From a virus (taxonomy: Duplodnaviria > Caudoviricetes), in IMG/VR virus record IMGVR_UViG_3300033120_000387, positions 1 to 64,000 of that record: DNA of 64,000 nt; one strand, written 5' to 3'. Positions 8,438 through 17,979 of the stretch are shown here, in pieces. The position numbers and the translations under genes were made by a program. Position 1 is the stretch's first letter; every line of letters starts with the position of its first letter. The notes below the pieces were generated by a model that worked only from the letters and a program-made list of their open reading frames with translations, did not search any database and was not told where the DNA came from.

Positions 8438-11041
8438 ATGGCATTAACAAAGCAAATACATTTATACGCATTAGATACAGCTTGTTTTTACAACGATATA
8501 GAAATAGCATTACATAAAAAATTATCTAAATGCTACTCAATTCGTTCAAGAATTAAAAAAAACAACAAGAAATGTTTAAAAACTAAAAAAACTAAAAGTA
8601 AGCATTATGACTCTCAACTCAAGAGAATTAATAAAATTATTATGTATTTTAAAGAAAAATTATATAACGAATTTATTGAGACAAGAAAAACCACTCCTAT
8701 ACGAAATCTTAGAGAAGAATCTATAATTGATAGAAATGTTATATCAATATTTGAATCGGCTTTAACCCGTGCTTTGGAAATAAAAACCAATGAATTGACT
8801 CAAGACCTTATGGTTGTTAAAGTATTTTATTTTCAAGTGGCTGAGGATTTAATAAAGCATGGGTTTATGTACAAAGATGAAAAATATGTTTTATTTAGTG
8901 CGAGTGCAGGTCAAATAAGAACAAAGAAGTTTGTAGTAATTAAAGAATCAACACTAAAAAAATACGAAAACACCTTGACTTGTGGTTTGTCTTGGGATAT
9001 AATCAACTCAAAAGGTGGTGTTAATGCTAATAAATATTTAGCTTATTATAGTTTGAATAATAGTGCTACTGATATTTGGCAAGGATTTGATATTGATAAA
9101 TCTATTGTTGTAGAAGATTTTGAAACATTAGTACATGGCACGGTGGACTTTATTAGTGATGCTACATATGAAATTGAAAGAAAAACAACGGATATATCAA
9201 TACCACACACAGACGGAGCAGGTATTATGCTTGATGGCGATAATGAAATGGCAAGACTTCCTTGGGTTAAAGGATTGATGGGAGTATTTGCTTATGACGA
9301 GCTAATATTGGAATGGAGAGAGATATACAAAAATTCTAAAATTGGTGTAATTAAAGACATTTATGGTGTTGAACACGATGTTATTGCTGAAGATATTAGA
9401 TACATATTTACAAAATCCCAATTCAAGATGTGGAAATATTATGAATCATGGGAACAGTATAAAGACAATTTTAAGAAATATAAATGTCAAGCTTGTATAT
9501 GTAATGTGGAAGAAGAATATATACCTGATGCACAAATAAATTATCAAATGTTGCAGAGTTTATCAGATATTAAATATTCCGAAATGGAAAGATTAGCTAA
9601 AAGAACTGTTGAAGATATTAGCAATATTGGCAATGATTATCGAACTATGATGAAAATATTGGGGGTCACAGAATATAATACTAATAAAAACTATATGCAA
9701 CAAGCACTAGAAATATATCCCGAATTAATGCGTGATAAGTACAATAGGCAAATTTTAAAAGATTGCAGAGATAGTATTATTAAAGAGGGTAAAGCAGGAA
9801 AATTATCAATCAAAGGCAAATATACTTTTGTGCTACCTGACCTATACGCATTTTGTGAATGGTTGTTTTTAGGTATTGAGAACCCTAATGGGTTATTGAA
9901 TGATGGTGAAGTGAGTTGTTCTATTTACAAAAATGGTATTGACTTAGATTGTTTAAGGTCTCCACATTTATATCGTGAACACGCTGTTAGAACTAATGTA
10001 ATTAATGATAATACTAAAAAATGGTTTAAAGGGAAAGCTATTTATACAAGCACTAGAGATTTAATAAGTAAATATCTTATGTTTGATGTAGATGGCGATA
10101 AGTTATTAGTAGTAGCAGATAAGTTATTGTGTCGCATTGCTAAAAGAAATATGAAAGATATTGTGCCTTTGTACTACGATATGAAAAAAGCACCTAGTCA
10201 AAATATTAATAGTGATATTTTATTTAATGGTTTAATGTCAGCTTATAAAGGTGGTAATATTGGACTTTATAGCAATAATATATCTAAGATATGGAATTGT
10301 GATAAAGTAGGTCAAGAACAAATTGATGTAATAAAATTGCTATGTATGGAGAATAATTTTGTCATAGATATGGCTAAGACATTATATATGCCTACTCGAC
10401 CAAAAGACAAAGATGAATTGATTAAAAAATATACCAAATTACAACTTCCACATTTTTTTATATATACTAAAGATAAAGATGAAGACCAAGTTAATGAGAT
10501 TAATAATAGTCCTATGAATATGTTGGATAGAATGATAGGAGATAAAAAATTATTAGTAAACAAAAGTATTGGAAAACTTGATTTTAAAGTATTAATGTCT
10601 AATATGGATTATATTCCTACTAAAGATACAGAAATTGTTATAAGGGCATATGACTATTGGAATAATGTAAAAACATATTATTTTAATGTTAATGATGACA
10701 AACATAGAGGTACGGAAGATTTATATGTTTATCAAAAAATAAGAGAGTATTTATTAAAATTACCTTATGATAATAATTTTATAGTAGATAGTATAATCTA
10801 CACTTTATTTAATAATAGAAAATCGTCTTATAAAAAAACATTTTGGGGGTGTTTTGGAAGTGAAATTGTAGATAACCTAAAAACCAACACTCAATCCCTC
10901 GGTAAAATATGTCCTATTTGTGGGAAGAGACATCAACCTAAACAAGATAATTATGAATATTGTGGGGAAGAATGTTATAATGTTGCCGAAAAAGAAAGAA
11001 AAAGAATAGTGGCTCAAAACATAAGAGATAATAAAAAGTAG
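8438..11041 (+). CDS. yonO: YonO-like single-subunit (two-barrel) phage RNA polymerase with C-terminal Zn finger
   Basis: SASAGQIRTKK, HTDGAG, RLPWVKG, CLRSPHL, catalytic MFDVDGD; C-terminal CPIC...CGEEC. Confidence 0.9.
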   Translation: MALTKQIHLYALDTACFYNDIEIALHKKLSKCYSIRSRIKKNNKKCLKTKKTKSKHYDSQLKRINKIIMYFKEKLYNEFIETRKTTPIRNLREESIIDRNVISIFESALTRALEIKTNELTQDLMVVKVFYFQVAEDLIKHGFMYKDEKYVLFSASAGQIRTKKFVVIKESTLKKYENTLTCGLSWDIINSKGGVNANKYLAYYSLNNSATDIWQGFDIDKSIVVEDFETLVHGTVDFISDATYEIERKTTDISIPHTDGAGIMLDGDNEMARLPWVKGLMGVFAYDELILEWREIYKNSKIGVIKDIYGVEHDVIAEDIRYIFTKSQFKMWKYYESWEQYKDNFKKYKCQACICNVEEEYIPDAQINYQMLQSLSDIKYSEMERLAKRTVEDISNIGNDYRTMMKILGVTEYNTNKNYMQQALEIYPELMRDKYNRQILKDCRDSIIKEGKAGKLSIKGKYTFVLPDLYAFCEWLFLGIENPNGLLNDGEVSCSIYKNGIDLDCLRSPHLYREHAVRTNVINDNTKKWFKGKAIYTSTRDLISKYLMFDVDGDKLLVVADKLLCRIAKRNMKDIVPLYYDMKKAPSQNINSDILFNGLMSAYKGGNIGLYSNNISKIWNCDKVGQEQIDVIKLLCMENNFVIDMAKTLYMPTRPKDKDELIKKYTKLQLPHFFIYTKDKDEDQVNEINNSPMNMLDRMIGDKKLLVNKSIGKLDFKVLMSNMDYIPTKDTEIVIRAYDYWNNVKTYYFNVNDDKHRGTEDLYVYQKIREYLLKLPYDNNFIVDSIIYTLFNNRKSSYKKTFWGCFGSEIVDNLKTNTQSLGKICPICGKRHQPKQDNYEYCGEECYNVAEKERKRIVAQNIRDNKK

Positions 11042-11256
11042 CTTAGTGCTAAATCTTTATGAACCTTGAAATTTCAATGATTATGGGGTTTTGGATATCT
11101 AAAAACGATAGACTATTAAGGAAACAACTATATTTATGCAATCAAAAGAGAAGTTTTCTATAATGCCTTTTGCCCATAGGCTTAATATATGGGCAAATTA
11201 TTTTAATATTAATAGGGTCGTGACCTTAATCCACGAGATTAAAAGGAGAATAAAAA

Positions 11257-11592
11257 ATGGAAAGAGTAGACAAGAAGTTACTAATTGATGGAGTATCAGT
11301 AAAGCTAGAGGTAGTAGAGATTGATTTAACCAAGAAGGAAATCAGGGCAGTTATAGATGCTTATGAGGAAACGGTTGTAGATTTCATAATGAAAGGTAAT
11401 GAAGTACCTATTCACAATTTAGGAACATTTAAGTTCAAGGAAGTAGATGCAAAGCCCGAAAGACCTAATACGCTACCTATAGGTGGAGATATACTCGAAG
11501 CAACACCTGAATATTCAAGACTTATGTTTAAGGTAAATTCGGCTTTAAGAAAAGCAGTTAGAGAAAAAACAGAAGGTAATGTATTTAAGTAG
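11257..11592 (+). CDS. HU/IHF-like DNA-binding protein
   Basis: GNEVPIHNLGTFK...FKVNSALRKAV. Confidence 0.8.
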   Translation: MERVDKKLLIDGVSVKLEVVEIDLTKKEIRAVIDAYEETVVDFIMKGNEVPIHNLGTFKFKEVDAKPERPNTLPIGGDILEATPEYSRLMFKVNSALRKAVREKTEGNVFK

Positions 11593-11600
11593 GTGAAGAT

Positions 11601-12182
11601 ATGGGTAAGAAACTAACAGCAACAGAAACCTATAGAAGTCTTGCCCGAATAAACAACAAATATTCTGTTGAGAGTTTTAAAGAGATGTATGAAACCCTCA
11701 ATGAGTTTATTGTTGATGAATTGCTTAGATTTGGCTATGTTGATTTGCCAAATCTAGGCAGAATTAAATTGATATTAATAGATGGGCATATGGGTCATGT
11801 ACCTAGTAGCAACCCTGAAATCGAAGGTAAGACAAAAATGATATACATAGAGCCTTATTATACATTTAAGTTTACAAGTACAGAAATTTTTAAACAAAAT
11901 ATTAATAATGGCAGACCGCCTCGTGCTGAATTAAAACGAGAAAGAGAAAGATATAGAGCCGAATCACAAAAAGAAAAAAATGAACAAAGAATTAAAGAAT
12001 TGCTTAAAAATGAGCCTGAAAGGTTAGAAAAAGCACGAGAAAAAGCAGAGGAAAGACGAAAAAAGAGAAAAGAATTATATAGAATGTCTAAAAAGAAGCG
12101 TGCAGAGTTGGAATATCAAGAAAAACTTGAGCGTGGAGAGATTGAAGAGAACCCATATGACTATGGGAATTTAGAGGAGTAA
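11601..12182 (+). CDS. Second HU-like protein with long charged C-terminal coiled coil
   Basis: GYVDLPNLGRIK...FKFTSTEIFKQNIN, then R/E/K-rich tail. Confidence 0.65.
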   Translation: MGKKLTATETYRSLARINNKYSVESFKEMYETLNEFIVDELLRFGYVDLPNLGRIKLILIDGHMGHVPSSNPEIEGKTKMIYIEPYYTFKFTSTEIFKQNINNGRPPRAELKRERERYRAESQKEKNEQRIKELLKNEPERLEKAREKAEERRKKRKELYRMSKKKRAELEYQEKLERGEIEENPYDYGNLEE

Positions 12183-12188
12183 AGGAAT

Positions 12189-12377
12189 ATGAAAGACATA
12201 TATGAAATAACCAAAAAGATTAAAGTAATTGGCACTTTAAACGAAAATAATGATGGAGAAAAATTTATTAGAGTTGAGATTAAGGATTGCGAACCCAAGA
12301 TTGTTGATTTTGAAGAACTGATTAATAGTTTAATGGGACAGCAGATTAAGATTGAAAATAGTTCAGAAATAGAATAA
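12189..12377 (+). CDS. Small hypothetical protein (YonK-like position and size)
   Basis: 62 aa, between the HU and phosphoesterase genes. Confidence 0.6.
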   Translation: MKDIYEITKKIKVIGTLNENNDGEKFIRVEIKDCEPKIVDFEELINSLMGQQIKIENSSEIE

Positions 12378-12383
12378 ATAAAT

Positions 12384-12413
12384 AAGAGAGTATGTGTTTA
12401 TGTACTCTCTTTT
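12384..12413 (+). terminator. Intrinsic terminator-like hairpin
   Basis: AAGAGAGTA / TACTCTCTT plus T tract. Confidence 0.7.
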
Positions 12414-12441
12414 ACATAATGATTAAAAGGAGAATTAAAAT

Positions 12442-13605
12442 ATGAAATATAAGAGTTACGACGACGAACTCCAATTACTTATTGATAAAGTAGAGGGAAC
12501 GAATGATAAGGATTGGGTTGAATTAGTTAATGATTTAGAAGCTAATTGTCATCCTGATTCTTTAAGAAAATCTTTTAATGTGGGCAGGTATTCGGGCTAT
12601 AGAGTCGCTAAATATTATCAAGAAAAACTTGAAAATGAATATTTGGCTGATGATGAGTTAGATAGAATACAGTCACAAAGAGACGAATTATATAAAGAGC
12701 GTGTAAAACTGCAAGATGCTCGTAGAGAATATAATAAAAATCTTAGAACAGAAGCAAGATACGAAAATCTCGTTGATGTTCTTAAAGAAAGAATGGAAGA
12801 TTTGGCAGATTTACCATTGGAAAATTTTGGTGAATTTGTAAATTATAATGAGGAAAAATGTGCCATTTTGCAACTAGGGGATTGGCATACGGGAGCATTG
12901 GTCGATACTCAATGGAATGTATATTCTATTAATATTATGAAAGAAAGAGTTGTACAACTTTCTAATAAAGTTAAACGATATGCTCAGAATTATAAAATTA
13001 CAGACTTAATGATTGAGATAAATGGAGATATGATAGAAGGGTTAATTAATTGCTCAAATCGTATACAAGCTGAAGAAGATGTAGTACAACAAATTATAAT
13101 TGTATCAGAAGTATTAGCTGAAATGATTAATAACTTAAAGCCTTATTTTAATAGCATTTCTATCACAACTACATTAGGAAATCATGGTCGGCTTGTTCCC
13201 GATAAAAAAGCAAGCATTGGTAAAGAAAACATGGAAATGCTTATACCTGAATTTTTAAGACTAAGATTAAGTAAAGATGTTAAAATATTAACATCACAAG
13301 GACTTGACTTTATGAAGTATGAATTTGACGGCAAGATTATATGTTTAGCACATGGGCAAAATGATAAGATAAATACTGTAATAGAGGATTTTGTAAAAGT
13401 ATATAAGTTAGCACCTTCAGAAATTCATTTAGCTCATACCCATGCTTATAAAGATATTAATAAGTCTAATATTATGGTAACAGTATGTGGGAGTTTGAAG
13501 GGTTCAGATGAATATGCTTTAGGTATGAGAGAAGTAACTAAGTCTAGCCAAAATTTGATTATTTATGGTGAAGATAGAGGTATATTTGAACTAATATTAG
13601 ATTAA
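12442..13605 (+). CDS. Calcineurin-like metallophosphoesterase
   Basis: GDWH, NGDMIEG, GNHG, HG and HTH motifs. Confidence 0.85.
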   Translation: MKYKSYDDELQLLIDKVEGTNDKDWVELVNDLEANCHPDSLRKSFNVGRYSGYRVAKYYQEKLENEYLADDELDRIQSQRDELYKERVKLQDARREYNKNLRTEARYENLVDVLKERMEDLADLPLENFGEFVNYNEEKCAILQLGDWHTGALVDTQWNVYSINIMKERVVQLSNKVKRYAQNYKITDLMIEINGDMIEGLINCSNRIQAEEDVVQQIIIVSEVLAEMINNLKPYFNSISITTTLGNHGRLVPDKKASIGKENMEMLIPEFLRLRLSKDVKILTSQGLDFMKYEFDGKIICLAHGQNDKINTVIEDFVKVYKLAPSEIHLAHTHAYKDINKSNIMVTVCGSLKGSDEYALGMREVTKSSQNLIIYGEDRGIFELILD

Positions 13606-13634
13606 AAGGACATTAAAGGAAGGAGGGATTTCTT

Positions 13635-14531
13635 ATGGCACAAAAAACATTAAAACCTCAATACTATTGTGTTGGTTGTGGTAGACATAGAGATAAAAAA
13701 GAATTTAATCTCAACTATAATAAATATTTACAAGAATATAATGACAACAGAATGCTTTATTGTATATCATGTTGCAAAACTATATCACAAAAAATTATGG
13801 CAGATTATGAGAATTTTGAAATGGGTATGAGAAATGTTGCAACATTCTTTTGTATGCCTATTGTAGAAGAAGCTATAATCAAGTTAAAAGACTTGTATGA
13901 AGCTAGAAATAAAGATGTGGATTGGAACTGGGTTACACAGTATGGGGCTTGTTTAAAAGATTTAGAAGTAGACAAGGAAAAGTGGGATAATCTTACAGGA
14001 AACTCTCTTTGTTTTGACCCTACATTTAGACAATTAGATAGGGATAATTTTGAATCTCTAAGAGAATTAGTAAAAACTTGGGGAGATAGAACTTTATTTG
14101 AATATGAATTTCTTGAAAGTAGATGGCAAAAATATACTGATGGATTGAAATTGACAACTGCTCAAGCTTCTTTGTATAGACAAATTTGTGTTCAAGAATT
14201 AGATATTAGAAATAAAGAAAAAGCTAAAGAACCAGTTAAAGAATCTCAAGGTGAAGTAATGAAACTTATGAATAAATTAGGTATTGATAAATTTGTATCT
14301 AATGATAAATCTTTACTTGAAAGAGGATATGAACATCAAGTAGAATATATAGAAAGAGAAGAACCTGCTTTTCATTATAAAGATATGGAAATGTTTAAGG
14401 ATTATAGAGGTATTGGTGAATATTTTGAAAATCATATAACAAGACCATTTAAAAATTTATTATTAAATTCAAAAGACTATAAGATATTAGATGAGTTTTT
14501 AAATACTAAAAAGAAAAGAACCAAAGAATGA
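13635..14531 (+). CDS. Zn-finger protein, putative terminase small subunit
   Basis: CVGC...CISCC; overlaps the large-terminase start. Confidence 0.55.
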   Translation: MAQKTLKPQYYCVGCGRHRDKKEFNLNYNKYLQEYNDNRMLYCISCCKTISQKIMADYENFEMGMRNVATFFCMPIVEEAIIKLKDLYEARNKDVDWNWVTQYGACLKDLEVDKEKWDNLTGNSLCFDPTFRQLDRDNFESLRELVKTWGDRTLFEYEFLESRWQKYTDGLKLTTAQASLYRQICVQELDIRNKEKAKEPVKESQGEVMKLMNKLGIDKFVSNDKSLLERGYEHQVEYIEREEPAFHYKDMEMFKDYRGIGEYFENHITRPFKNLLLNSKDYKILDEFLNTKKKRTKE

Positions 14532-16390
14532 CAAGATTGGATAGAGTTAATAATATTTTAAATAGTCGAAGAGAATTTGAAAATAGACAGGAAAAAGAAG
14601 TTTCTTATGAAGAGCAGAGAAATAGAATAAAGAGCTGGTGTACTCTCTATAGAAGAAATTGGGATATTTATGCCGAAGAAGAATTGGGTATTAATCTAAA
14701 ATGGTTTCAAAAAGTTATAATATATTTAATAGGAATATCTGATGTATTTTTCTTCTTTTGTAGTAGAGGAAATTCAAAATCATTTCTATCTGCTCTTGCT
14801 TGCGTAGTTCAATGCATGAACTATCCAGATAGCGAAGTGGTATTAACAGCTACTACAATAAAAACAGCCAAGAAATTTGTAGAAAAAAAAATAGAAGGAG
14901 AATTATGTGGAAAGTTTTCTCCTAAATTAAAATATTTAAAAGAAAAGGGTTTAATAAAATTTAGATATGACCAAGAAGAAGTAAGGGTTAGTTTTACTTT
15001 TAATCGTTCTTGGATTATAATACTTCCTGAAACTGCATCGTCTTTAGGTGAGCGTATAACTACTTTAGTATGTGAAGAAGCAAGACAAAGCAAATTGAGC
15101 GTAATAGATAGAGTGTTTGTTCCAATGAAGCACACAAGAGTTCCACAATATAGAAACAATCCTTTATATGAAGGTGATTCAAGATTGGTAGAAAAAGCTA
15201 AAACAATATATTTAACATCTGTATCATTTAAACATGAACCGATTTGGAAAAGATGGGTTTCTATAGTTGAAAACACATTTAATGAAACAGACGATGATGA
15301 TGGTGTATACAATATTTTTATAGGTGATGTATATACAGCATTATATCATGAATTTATATCAAGAGCCGACTATATGACGGCTAAAAAGACATCATCTGAT
15401 GTTGAATTTAGAATGGAATACCTAAACGAATCACCAGCCGAAGGGGATGGAGATTTTTATACTTACAAAATGTTTAAAGAAAACTCCATAATTCCTAAAG
15501 CGTTTATTCCTCCAACTTATGATGAGTGGCTATACAAATATCAACGAGGGAATTTGCCTTATTTTAGAGAGAAGGTAGATGAAGAAGTTAGATGTATATA
15601 TGTCGATTTTGCATTCAATGATAGTGTAAAAGCCGAAAATGACTTAACTGTAATAGGTTGTATGAGCGGTTATCCCGATGAAGATTATGAAAAAATGTTT
15701 AGAAATTTAGAATATATGGAATCTTTTGAAGGTGGAGATAAATATGCTAGTTTACTTAGAATAAGAGAGTTATTTTTGTTTTATGGAGCAGATTACTTGT
15801 TGGTGGACACTAGAAATGGTGGAGCAGACCGTATGCAAGACCTTACAATTCCATATGAAAATACTGAATTAGGTATTACCATGAGAGGTTTTGGTTACTT
15901 ATATGAAGAAGATATAACTAATCATTTTTATTCTAAAGAAAAACTAGAGAAAATGAGAGAACGAGTAATAGATTCCGACCCTATGAATGTAGCGATACCA
16001 GTAATGGGTGATAAAGTAAGAAATGATTCATTTCATAGACAAATGAGAGATTCTTTATTGGGTTGTAAAATAAGACTTATTAAAGATAGTATGGCTGTTA
16101 AGCGTGAATTAGAAGAAGAAGATATTGAATTATCATTAACATCAGAAGAAGAATTTAGATATTTATATCCTCATGTTCAAGTAGACTACATGGTTCAAGA
16201 AGCTATTAAATTAGAGAAAAAATTGGTAGATGGTGGATATACCAAGCTATATACAGTTGGGGGAAACACCAAAGATAAAATTGTGGCTACCGAGTATGCT
16301 AATTATTTATTTTATTTACTTGAAATGAAGATGGAAAAAAGAAAACAGAAATCAAATGTAGATTTTAGTGATTATCAACTTTTATTTTAA
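14528..16390 (+). CDS. Terminase large subunit
   Basis: SRGNSKS Walker A, LVCEEAR Walker B, FRMEY, YVDFA, KDK nuclease residues. Confidence 0.9.
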   Translation: MTRLDRVNNILNSRREFENRQEKEVSYEEQRNRIKSWCTLYRRNWDIYAEEELGINLKWFQKVIIYLIGISDVFFFFCSRGNSKSFLSALACVVQCMNYPDSEVVLTATTIKTAKKFVEKKIEGELCGKFSPKLKYLKEKGLIKFRYDQEEVRVSFTFNRSWIIILPETASSLGERITTLVCEEARQSKLSVIDRVFVPMKHTRVPQYRNNPLYEGDSRLVEKAKTIYLTSVSFKHEPIWKRWVSIVENTFNETDDDDGVYNIFIGDVYTALYHEFISRADYMTAKKTSSDVEFRMEYLNESPAEGDGDFYTYKMFKENSIIPKAFIPPTYDEWLYKYQRGNLPYFREKVDEEVRCIYVDFAFNDSVKAENDLTVIGCMSGYPDEDYEKMFRNLEYMESFEGGDKYASLLRIRELFLFYGADYLLVDTRNGGADRMQDLTIPYENTELGITMRGFGYLYEEDITNHFYSKEKLEKMRERVIDSDPMNVAIPVMGDKVRNDSFHRQMRDSLLGCKIRLIKDSMAVKRELEEEDIELSLTSEEEFRYLYPHVQVDYMVQEAIKLEKKLVDGGYTKLYTVGGNTKDKIVATEYANYLFYLLEMKMEKRKQKSNVDFSDYQLLF

Positions 16391-16398
16391 AAAATAAC

Positions 16399-16427
16399 TT
16401 GACATAGAGATAAATCTATGTTATAAT
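16399..16427 (+). promoter_or_regulatory. Consensus sigma-A promoter P1
   Basis: TTGACA-17 nt-TG-N-TATAAT. Confidence 0.85.
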
Positions 16428-16452
16428 AAAAAAGAATTAAAGGAGAATTATT

Positions 16453-16683
16453 ATGAATAATAACTGTTGCGACTGTGCAGGAGAGCCAAGAATCCAAATG
16501 GATTTTACTATTGTAGACCAATATGGTAATATGAGTCATATTTGTAAAGACCAAGAATTATTTGAAGAATTTGAAGGTGATGGACTTCAAGAATATTGTG
16601 AAGCATTTAGATTATTGTTAATCCAAGTAGGATATACCTTCTTAGAAGGAAAGAAAATTGAATTTGTTGAAAATAATGATTGA
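16453..16683 (+). CDS. Small acidic hypothetical protein
   Basis: SD AAGGAG; follows P1. Confidence 0.65.
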   Translation: MNNNCCDCAGEPRIQMDFTIVDQYGNMSHICKDQELFEEFEGDGLQEYCEAFRLLLIQVGYTFLEGKKIEFVENND

Positions 16684-16708
16684 CATTGTAGGTTATTTGT
16701 GGTATAAT
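16680..16708 (+). promoter_or_regulatory. Consensus sigma-A promoter P2
   Basis: TTGACA-17 nt-TG-N-TATAAT. Confidence 0.85.
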
Positions 16709-16769
16709 AAGGTATACAAACAAGGAGGTGCAATTATGAATCAAGAATTTGAACATTAACAAAAAGGTA

Positions 16770-16798
16770 TTGACAACCGCATCAATGTATGATATAAT
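16770..16798 (+). promoter_or_regulatory. Consensus sigma-A promoter P3
   Basis: TTGACA-17 nt-TG-N-TATAAT. Confidence 0.85.
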
Positions 16799-16892
16799 AT
16801 AGAAAAGAAACACAAACCCCTATTAATAAAAAGGGATTAAACCGAAGTTTCTCTCATTAATAAAGAGTTTTTTAGTAGGTTATAAAAAAGTA

Positions 16893-16921
16893 TTGACACA
16901 TTGCATAAAGTGTGGTATAAT
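16893..16921 (+). promoter_or_regulatory. Consensus sigma-A promoter P4 (tRNA operon)
   Basis: TTGACA-17 nt-TG-N-TATAAT, about 30 nt before the first tRNA. Confidence 0.9.
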
Positions 16922-16949
16922 ACATACATAAGTTAAAGAACAAAGATAT

Positions 16950-17021
16950 AGCGGATTAGTGTAATAGTAGCACATAAGGTTCATGTCCTTATAGTTTGGT
17001 GCAACTCCAAGTCCGCAACCA
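16950..17021 (+). tRNA. tRNA-Met(CAT), initiator-like
   Basis: Anticodon arm TAAGG-TTCATGT-CCTTA; unpaired A1/A72; encoded ACCA. Confidence 0.75.
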
Positions 17022-17025
17022 ATAT

Positions 17026-17102
17026 GGAAATGTAACTCAGTTGAATAGAGTAATCGGCTTTTAACCGATGAGTCGTGAGTTTGAATCTCGCCATTTCCAC
17101 CA
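17026..17102 (+). tRNA. tRNA-Lys(TTT)
   Basis: GGAAATG/CATTTCC acceptor; ATCGG-CTTTTAA-CCGAT; CCA. Confidence 0.92.
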
Positions 17103-17387
17103 CGAGGAACATTTTTTAGCAGTTTATTAACACTCGATAATGACACAATAAAACTGTAGTGTTTATCCATTTGAACTTTAACAGAATGGAGTGGCTGATA
17201 GGAATAGACTATTTAATAGATGTTACGAAGCATTTAAAAAATCGTATTGATAAAGCGTAAGGCTATCATAAAAACCTCTATAAGAGTCTATCGTCTTATA
17301 GTAAACCATATGCCCTAGTTTGATAGGATTGGGGGAAGAATTATATTTCAATATATGGTAACAGTTATAGGTAACTGCTTATAATAT
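17103..17387 (+). ncRNA. Candidate structured ncRNA inside the tRNA operon
   Basis: Several complementary pairs (TCCATT/AATGGA, ATAGACT/AGTCTAT, ACCATAT/ATATGGT, CAGTTA/TAACTG); no SD-led ORF. Confidence 0.4.
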
Positions 17388-17473
17388 CGGCAAGTATGCC
17401 TAGTAGCGAGGGCAACGGACTGTAAATCCGCCACATAAAAACATCGTAAGTGCGAGTCTTACCTTGCCGACCA
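17388..17473 (+). tRNA. tRNA-Tyr(GTA)
   Basis: CGGCAAG/CTTGCCG acceptor; CGGA-CTGTAAA-TCCG; long variable region; ACCA. Confidence 0.88.
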
Positions 17474-17477
17474 ATAT

Positions 17478-17565
17478 GGAAGATTAACCCTAATGGTAAG
17501 GGAGCGGTTTGCTAAACCGTCAGTAAACGAAAGTTGTATGAGTTCAAATCCCATATCTTCCTCCA
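17478..17565 (+). tRNA. tRNA-Ser(GCT)
   Basis: GGAAGAT/ATCTTCC; GCGGT-TTGCTAA-ACCGT; variable arm; CCA. Confidence 0.9.
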
Positions 17566-17568
17566 TAT

Positions 17569-17654
17569 GGAATGTACCCGAATGGTTAGGAAATAGTCTT
17601 GAAAACTAGGATGGTGTAACAGCCTACAGAGTTCGATTCTCTGACATTCCTCCA
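17569..17654 (+). tRNA. tRNA-Ser(TGA)
   Basis: GGAATGT/ACATTCC; TAGT-CTTGAAA-ACTA; variable arm; CCA. Confidence 0.88.
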
Positions 17655-17659
17655 ATAAT

Positions 17660-17736
17660 GCTCCAATAGTCCAATTGGCAGAGACAACGGACTTAAAATC
17701 CGTATAGTGGTGGTTCGAGTCCACTTTGGAGTACCA
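17660..17736 (+). tRNA. tRNA-Leu(TAA) with short variable loop
   Basis: GCTCCAA/TTGGAGT; ACGGA-CTTAAAA-TCCGT; GGTTCGAGTCC; ACCA. Confidence 0.9.
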
Positions 17737-17739
17737 TAT

Positions 17740-17814
17740 GGTAGATGTAGTCTAAAAGTAAGGCACACGACTGTGAATCGTGGTAACTGAGGGCGGTACT
17801 CAGCTTCTACCCCA
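17740..17814 (+). tRNA. tRNA-His(GTG)
   Basis: G-1:C73; CACGA-CTGTGAA-TCGTG; atypical T loop GGCGGTA; CCA. Confidence 0.82.
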
Positions 17815-17819
17815 AATAT

Positions 17820-17895
17820 GCTCGGTTAGTCAAGTGATTAAGACATACGACTTTCTATCGTACATTCATGGGTTTGAATCCCATACCGAGTACCA
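17820..17895 (+). tRNA. tRNA-Glu(TTC)
   Basis: GCTCGGT/ACCGAGT; TACGA-CTTTCTA-TCGTA; CCA. Confidence 0.88.
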
Positions 17896-17900
17896 AATAT

Positions 17901-17976
17901 CTAGGTGTAGCTCAATCAGTAGAGCATTCCGCTTGGGACGGAAAGGCAGTGGGTGCAAAACCTACCACTTAGACCA
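17901..17976 (+). tRNA. tRNA-Pro(TGG)
   Basis: CTAGGTG/CACTTAG; TTCCG-CTTGGGA-CGGAA; ACCA. Confidence 0.9.
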
Positions 17977-17979
17977 ATA

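Noticed and set aside
637-11080. ATTTCAAT motifs resembling CRISPR repeat ends
   Set aside because: Three isolated copies kilobases apart, no regular spacers, no cas genes.
14821-15312. Antisense ORFs inside long genes (also 35315-35698, 58579-58953 and others)
   Set aside because: Shadow frames of AT-rich coding sequence, with no SD or recognisable motifs.
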